A DNA stretch of 38,381 bases from Rhizaria sp. SCN 62-66 (lineage: Eukaryota). Numbering within the stretch: the stretch's first letter is position 1; every line of letters starts with the position of its first letter. Positions 35,133-38,381 of this stretch are shown here, piece by piece. Under the pieces are notes generated by a model, which was not told the DNA's origin, searched no databases, and saw only the letters and a list, made by a program, of their open reading frames with translations. The DNA lies in assembly GCA_001724265.1 (NCBI GenBank), contig MEDY01000061.1, positions 62,001 through 100,381 on the forward strand, in the 5' to 3' direction. Position numbers and translations under genes: made by a program.

Positions 35133-37433
35133 TTACATCTTGGCCTCATTGACCTTCTCCGTCTTCTCAGCCTGGTTTGCCGCGTTGGCCTTGGGGGCGG
35201 GCAGCCGTCCTGATCGCTCATAACGCGCGTCCCGCAGCACCCATGCCGGTGCAAACGGCCACTCTGGCAGCGAAACGGGTTTGCCATTGACTGTGATGAC
35301 GCACGAGACCCGGGGCGCGCCGTCTAAAGGGATACTTACCCCGGGTGAGGGAGTGCTGAGCCCGGGCGCGGTGGGGTGCGTCGGTGTAAGTGCAGGCGGG
35401 TAAGTGGCGCTGGGCGCCGGCGACAGCAGCAACGATAACTCGGGAGGAGCGGGGCTCTTACTGCCGAGGCTACTGCAGCTGTTGTGCAGACAGCTGTTTC
35501 CGAGAGCGAGACTGTTGATGTTGCTACTAGCGCCGTCGTTGCTGCCCGAGATGCTGATGGCGAGCGTGGCGATGTTGTGCACGGTATTGCCGCTCCTCTG
35601 CTCTGTAGCAACAGCAGCTCCTGTTGCTGTAGTGGTAGCGTTTCCGGCTGCAGAGGCAGCGACAGCTTGAGCCTGTAAGTGCCTGTGTTCACAGTCACGC
35701 TGCGCCTTGGTAAGTACCCTGGGAATGTAAGTACCCGCCCCGCCCACGTTGTACGGAGAACGCATGTACGTGTTATAAAACCGCGTACTCGTGTCCACCA
35801 CGGGGCCCCATAGCGACGAGGCGGGAGCCGGCTCCCAAAGCGACGAGGCGGGGGTGATGGCCGCCAGCAGCGGGTGGTGGAACGGAGTCGGCGGCGCACT
35901 CAGCACATGCATACTTACATTGCTGACGCCACTTACATTCGCACCAGCAGCAGCCGCAGTCGCAGTGCTACTTGCGTTCGTGGTGTTGTTCTTGCTGTTG
36001 TTGCTGTTATTGTAGCCGCTGTTGTTCGTGGCAGAGACGGCGGCTGTGGCCTTGGCAGCGGCACAGGCAACGGCCCCGGCGACCTCTGGCGACGTGAAGA
36101 CGGACTCGGGACCGAAAAACTCATCGTCATTGTCTCCCTCATTCACCGTCTCACTACTGCCGTTGTTGCTGTTGCTCTGAGACAGCGAAGAAGATGAAGA
36201 CGCGGCTAGCTTTCGGTTCATCGCCATCGAGTGGTAGTGTAAGAGGTAGTCGCAGCTGTCCTGAAGGTAGTCGGGGCCGTAAAAAGCGCCGTCAGTACTG
36301 AAAAATAACTGGTTACTCATCACACTGCTCGTACCAGCGCAAGAGCTCGAGCTAGTAGCCTCTGTCTGTTGCGACTGGAGCTGCGCCTGCGCCCGCTGCT
36401 GTTGGACAGCGGCAGCAGCACTCGTACTCGCAGTGTTGTTACTAGCGTTAGCGTTCGTGCTAGGGCTCGGTGTAAGGGGCGGCTGCGGAGCGGGTGTAAG
36501 GGGCTGGTACGGCTCCGGCGCAGGAGGCACGCCCTGGGGGTACTTAGAGCTGAATTTGAGCGGACACTCGTTGAACTGCAGAGGGCAGTCTAAGTACCCC
36601 TTGGCGTCGGTCACAACAAGCTTACTGTGGTTCGCAGCGGCCTCACTACTACTGGCGCTGACCCGAATTGACTCAGAACTAGAACTCGAAGAGCTAGAGC
36701 CAGAGCTATAGCTAGAGCTAGAGCTAGAGCTAGAGCTAGAGCTAGAGTGGCTGTGGCTAGGATTGTTACAGTGACCGTTCTGACTGAGCGAGAGACGGAT
36801 GCCGCGCTCCTGCTTCAGTGCGTCGTCAATCGCAGCGCGGCACAAGAGCGGGTTCGGCACCGTCAGCGCGCGCGCGCCGAGCGACGTGTAGCCGAGATCG
36901 TAGAGCTTACAGTAGGGCAGGCGCATCGACAGGAGGAATTGCCAAACTTGCTGATAGGACCAGGTGAGGATCGAGTTGACGCGGTCTAAAGGGGGCCAGG
37001 TAGGGTCTGAGGGGGAGATCAGACTAAGGTACGCAGATCCGGGGTCGCCGAGACGCTGCCCCATGAACATGGCCTTTGCGTCGGGAAACTGCTGCAGCAG
37101 AGTGGCGATGCACGCCTTCATGGTGGGTCCGGTGATAGTGGTGAGGGTGAAGTTGTAGTAAGCGCCCATGTCGGCGATGAACGTGTCCAGCTCGGCCAGC
37201 TCGTCCTCGAATTTGAAGTACACGATAGGAATCGAGGCGACCGTCGTAGGCACACCGCGGTGCGCGAGCGCGGCGGCGAGCAAGTGGAGCAAGACGGTGC
37301 AGTCTTTGCCGCCGTTGAAGCAAAGCGAGACGTGCTTCGGACCGTATGTGTCGAGCACAGAGTCGATGTGCGCAAGCGTGGCGCGCGCAAAACAAAGCCG
37401 GGGATCGCGTTGGATCGCGTGGTAGAGATCCAT
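35133..37433 (-). CDS. FAD synthase (PAPS-reductase fold, FAD1/FLAD1-like), ~766 aa, with a very large insertion
   Basis: Single ORF. Motifs CFNGGKDCTVLLHL, FMGQRLGDP, SDPTWPPLDRVNSILTWSYQQVWQFL, PYCKLYDLGYTSLG, PNPLL and the terminal FAPAWVLRDARYERSGR. The start MDLYH at 37433 is inferred. Confidence 0.9.
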   Translation of the reverse strand: MDLYHAIQRDPRLCFARATLAHIDSVLDTYGPKHVSLCFNGGKDCTVLLHLLAAALAHRGVPTTVASIPIVYFKFEDELAELDTFIADMGAYYNFTLTTITGPTMKACIATLLQQFPDAKAMFMGQRLGDPGSAYLSLISPSDPTWPPLDRVNSILTWSYQQVWQFLLSMRLPYCKLYDLGYTSLGARALTVPNPLLCRAAIDDALKQERGIRLSLSQNGHCNNPSHSHSSSSSSSSSSSSYSSGSSSSSSSSESIRVSASSSEAAANHSKLVVTDAKGYLDCPLQFNECPLKFSSKYPQGVPPAPEPYQPLTPAPQPPLTPSPSTNANASNNTASTSAAAAVQQQRAQAQLQSQQTEATSSSSCAGTSSVMSNQLFFSTDGAFYGPDYLQDSCDYLLHYHSMAMNRKLAASSSSSLSQSNSNNGSSETVNEGDNDDEFFGPESVFTSPEVAGAVACAAAKATAAVSATNNSGYNNSNNSKNNTTNASSTATAAAAGANVSGVSNVSMHVLSAPPTPFHHPLLAAITPASSLWEPAPASSLWGPVVDTSTRFYNTYMRSPYNVGGAGTYIPRVLTKAQRDCEHRHLQAQAVAASAAGNATTTATGAAVATEQRSGNTVHNIATLAISISGSNDGASSNINSLALGNSCLHNSCSSLGSKSPAPPELSLLLSPAPSATYPPALTPTHPTAPGLSTPSPGVSIPLDGAPRVSCVITVNGKPVSLPEWPFAPAWVLRDARYERSGRLPAPKANAANQAEKTEKVNEAKM
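36691..36747. repeat. (GAGCTA)n hexamer repeat encoding poly-Ser (alternating TCT AGC codons) in FAD synthase
   Basis: Read directly. Related arrays occur at about 3868-3906 (SNAPC3), 26757-26776 and 28849-28875 (ABC transporter). Confidence 0.9.
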
Positions 37434-38100
37434 TGCAAAAACAGAAGAGGCTGCAACAGCAGAGTTCAGCAAGGCGGATTGGTGACTGGTGTGCTTCGGT
37501 CTTCGGAGTGGGTCGGGAGATGTAAATAAGAAGCGTTGTGTGGTAAGATAACCGTCACTAGAAGAATGAAATGGGCGCCAATTAAAATCACTCATTATAC
37601 ATAAAACTCGTGAATTGTAACTGTAACAACAATGAACAGCATCAGATATGCAGCTTTCCCATGTTTGCTGACCGTTCACTGTTGAGCGCTTGTGGTGAGT
37701 CCGGCTGTCGACTTGGTCACGCCTGTCTCACGGTCAGTTTATGGTGACCGTGGGTTGAGGGTGGCCCCCCTTAGAGCGAGATTCGAATCGGACGGGCTGG
37801 GCAGGGCTGACCGGGCGATTTCGACTTCGGTAAATATGCATTGTAGCAAGGCGACTGAGCTTTGGGAGATAGCAAAAAGGCTTTCTTGTGTTATTGTATA
37901 TTCGTTGTTTTATTCAGCGGAGCATTAACATGAGTTTCGTGTGCTCTTTTCCAGCGCTTGACCGCGAGGGGGGTGCAACTGCCGTTTTTTCCGTTCCCCT
38001 CGTTTTTCGCGTTTCCGACTGCATAGATCGACAATTGATAATCTTTCATTCCGTTTCTGATCTCGCAGTCTACTTTTTCTGCCTGGAAAATTTGCTGTAA

Positions 38101-38381
<281 letters not shown>

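Noticed and set aside
2389-35135. No TAG among the eight visible stop codons (possible codon reassignment)
   Set aside because: The sample is tiny and no in-frame TAG was found in any reconstructed exon; the standard code explains everything.
35332-35345. ATACTTACC, identical to the U1 snRNA 5' end
   Set aside because: It lies antisense within the FAD synthase ORF and lacks U1 stem-loop I/II loop motifs and an Sm site. It is just the complement of GGTAAGTAT.
37778-37792. GATTCGAATC, a tRNA T-loop/B-box-like sequence
   Set aside because: No cloverleaf can be built on either strand.

Overview
Gene-dense eukaryotic genomic DNA from a flagellated organism (it encodes IFT70), most likely a protist, with GC-rich exons and mostly AT-rich introns in the standard genetic code. 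I reconstructed ten protein-coding genes by hand with frame-consistent splicing: a TTC4/Cns1-like TPR co-chaperone (partial), SNAPC3, a SERBP1/Stm1-like RNA-binding protein, a greatly expanded homocysteine S-methyltransferase-family protein, IFT70/TTC30, a 13-exon RCC1-repeat protein with an IQGAP-like C-terminal half, a full-size ABCG/PDR transporter, TAF8, an expanded FAD synthase and the 5' end of beta-tubulin. Five observations stand out. (1) The splice code is unusual: 21 of 24 introns start GTACG, 23 of 24 have +4C, none starts GTAAG, and intron lengths cluster near one nucleosome repeat. (2) The RCC1 + IQGAP-like (pseudo-RasGAP) fusion is an architecture I do not recognise. (3) Acceptor-like sites sit just upstream of several start codons, one after a 348-nt AG-free leader, which suggests spliced-leader trans-splicing. 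(4) A patchy TA-step/TAAGTAC signature is written into long exons. (5) Conserved enzyme domains are broken up by very large low-complexity insertions. Family assignments come from motifs recalled from memory; no database searches were run.
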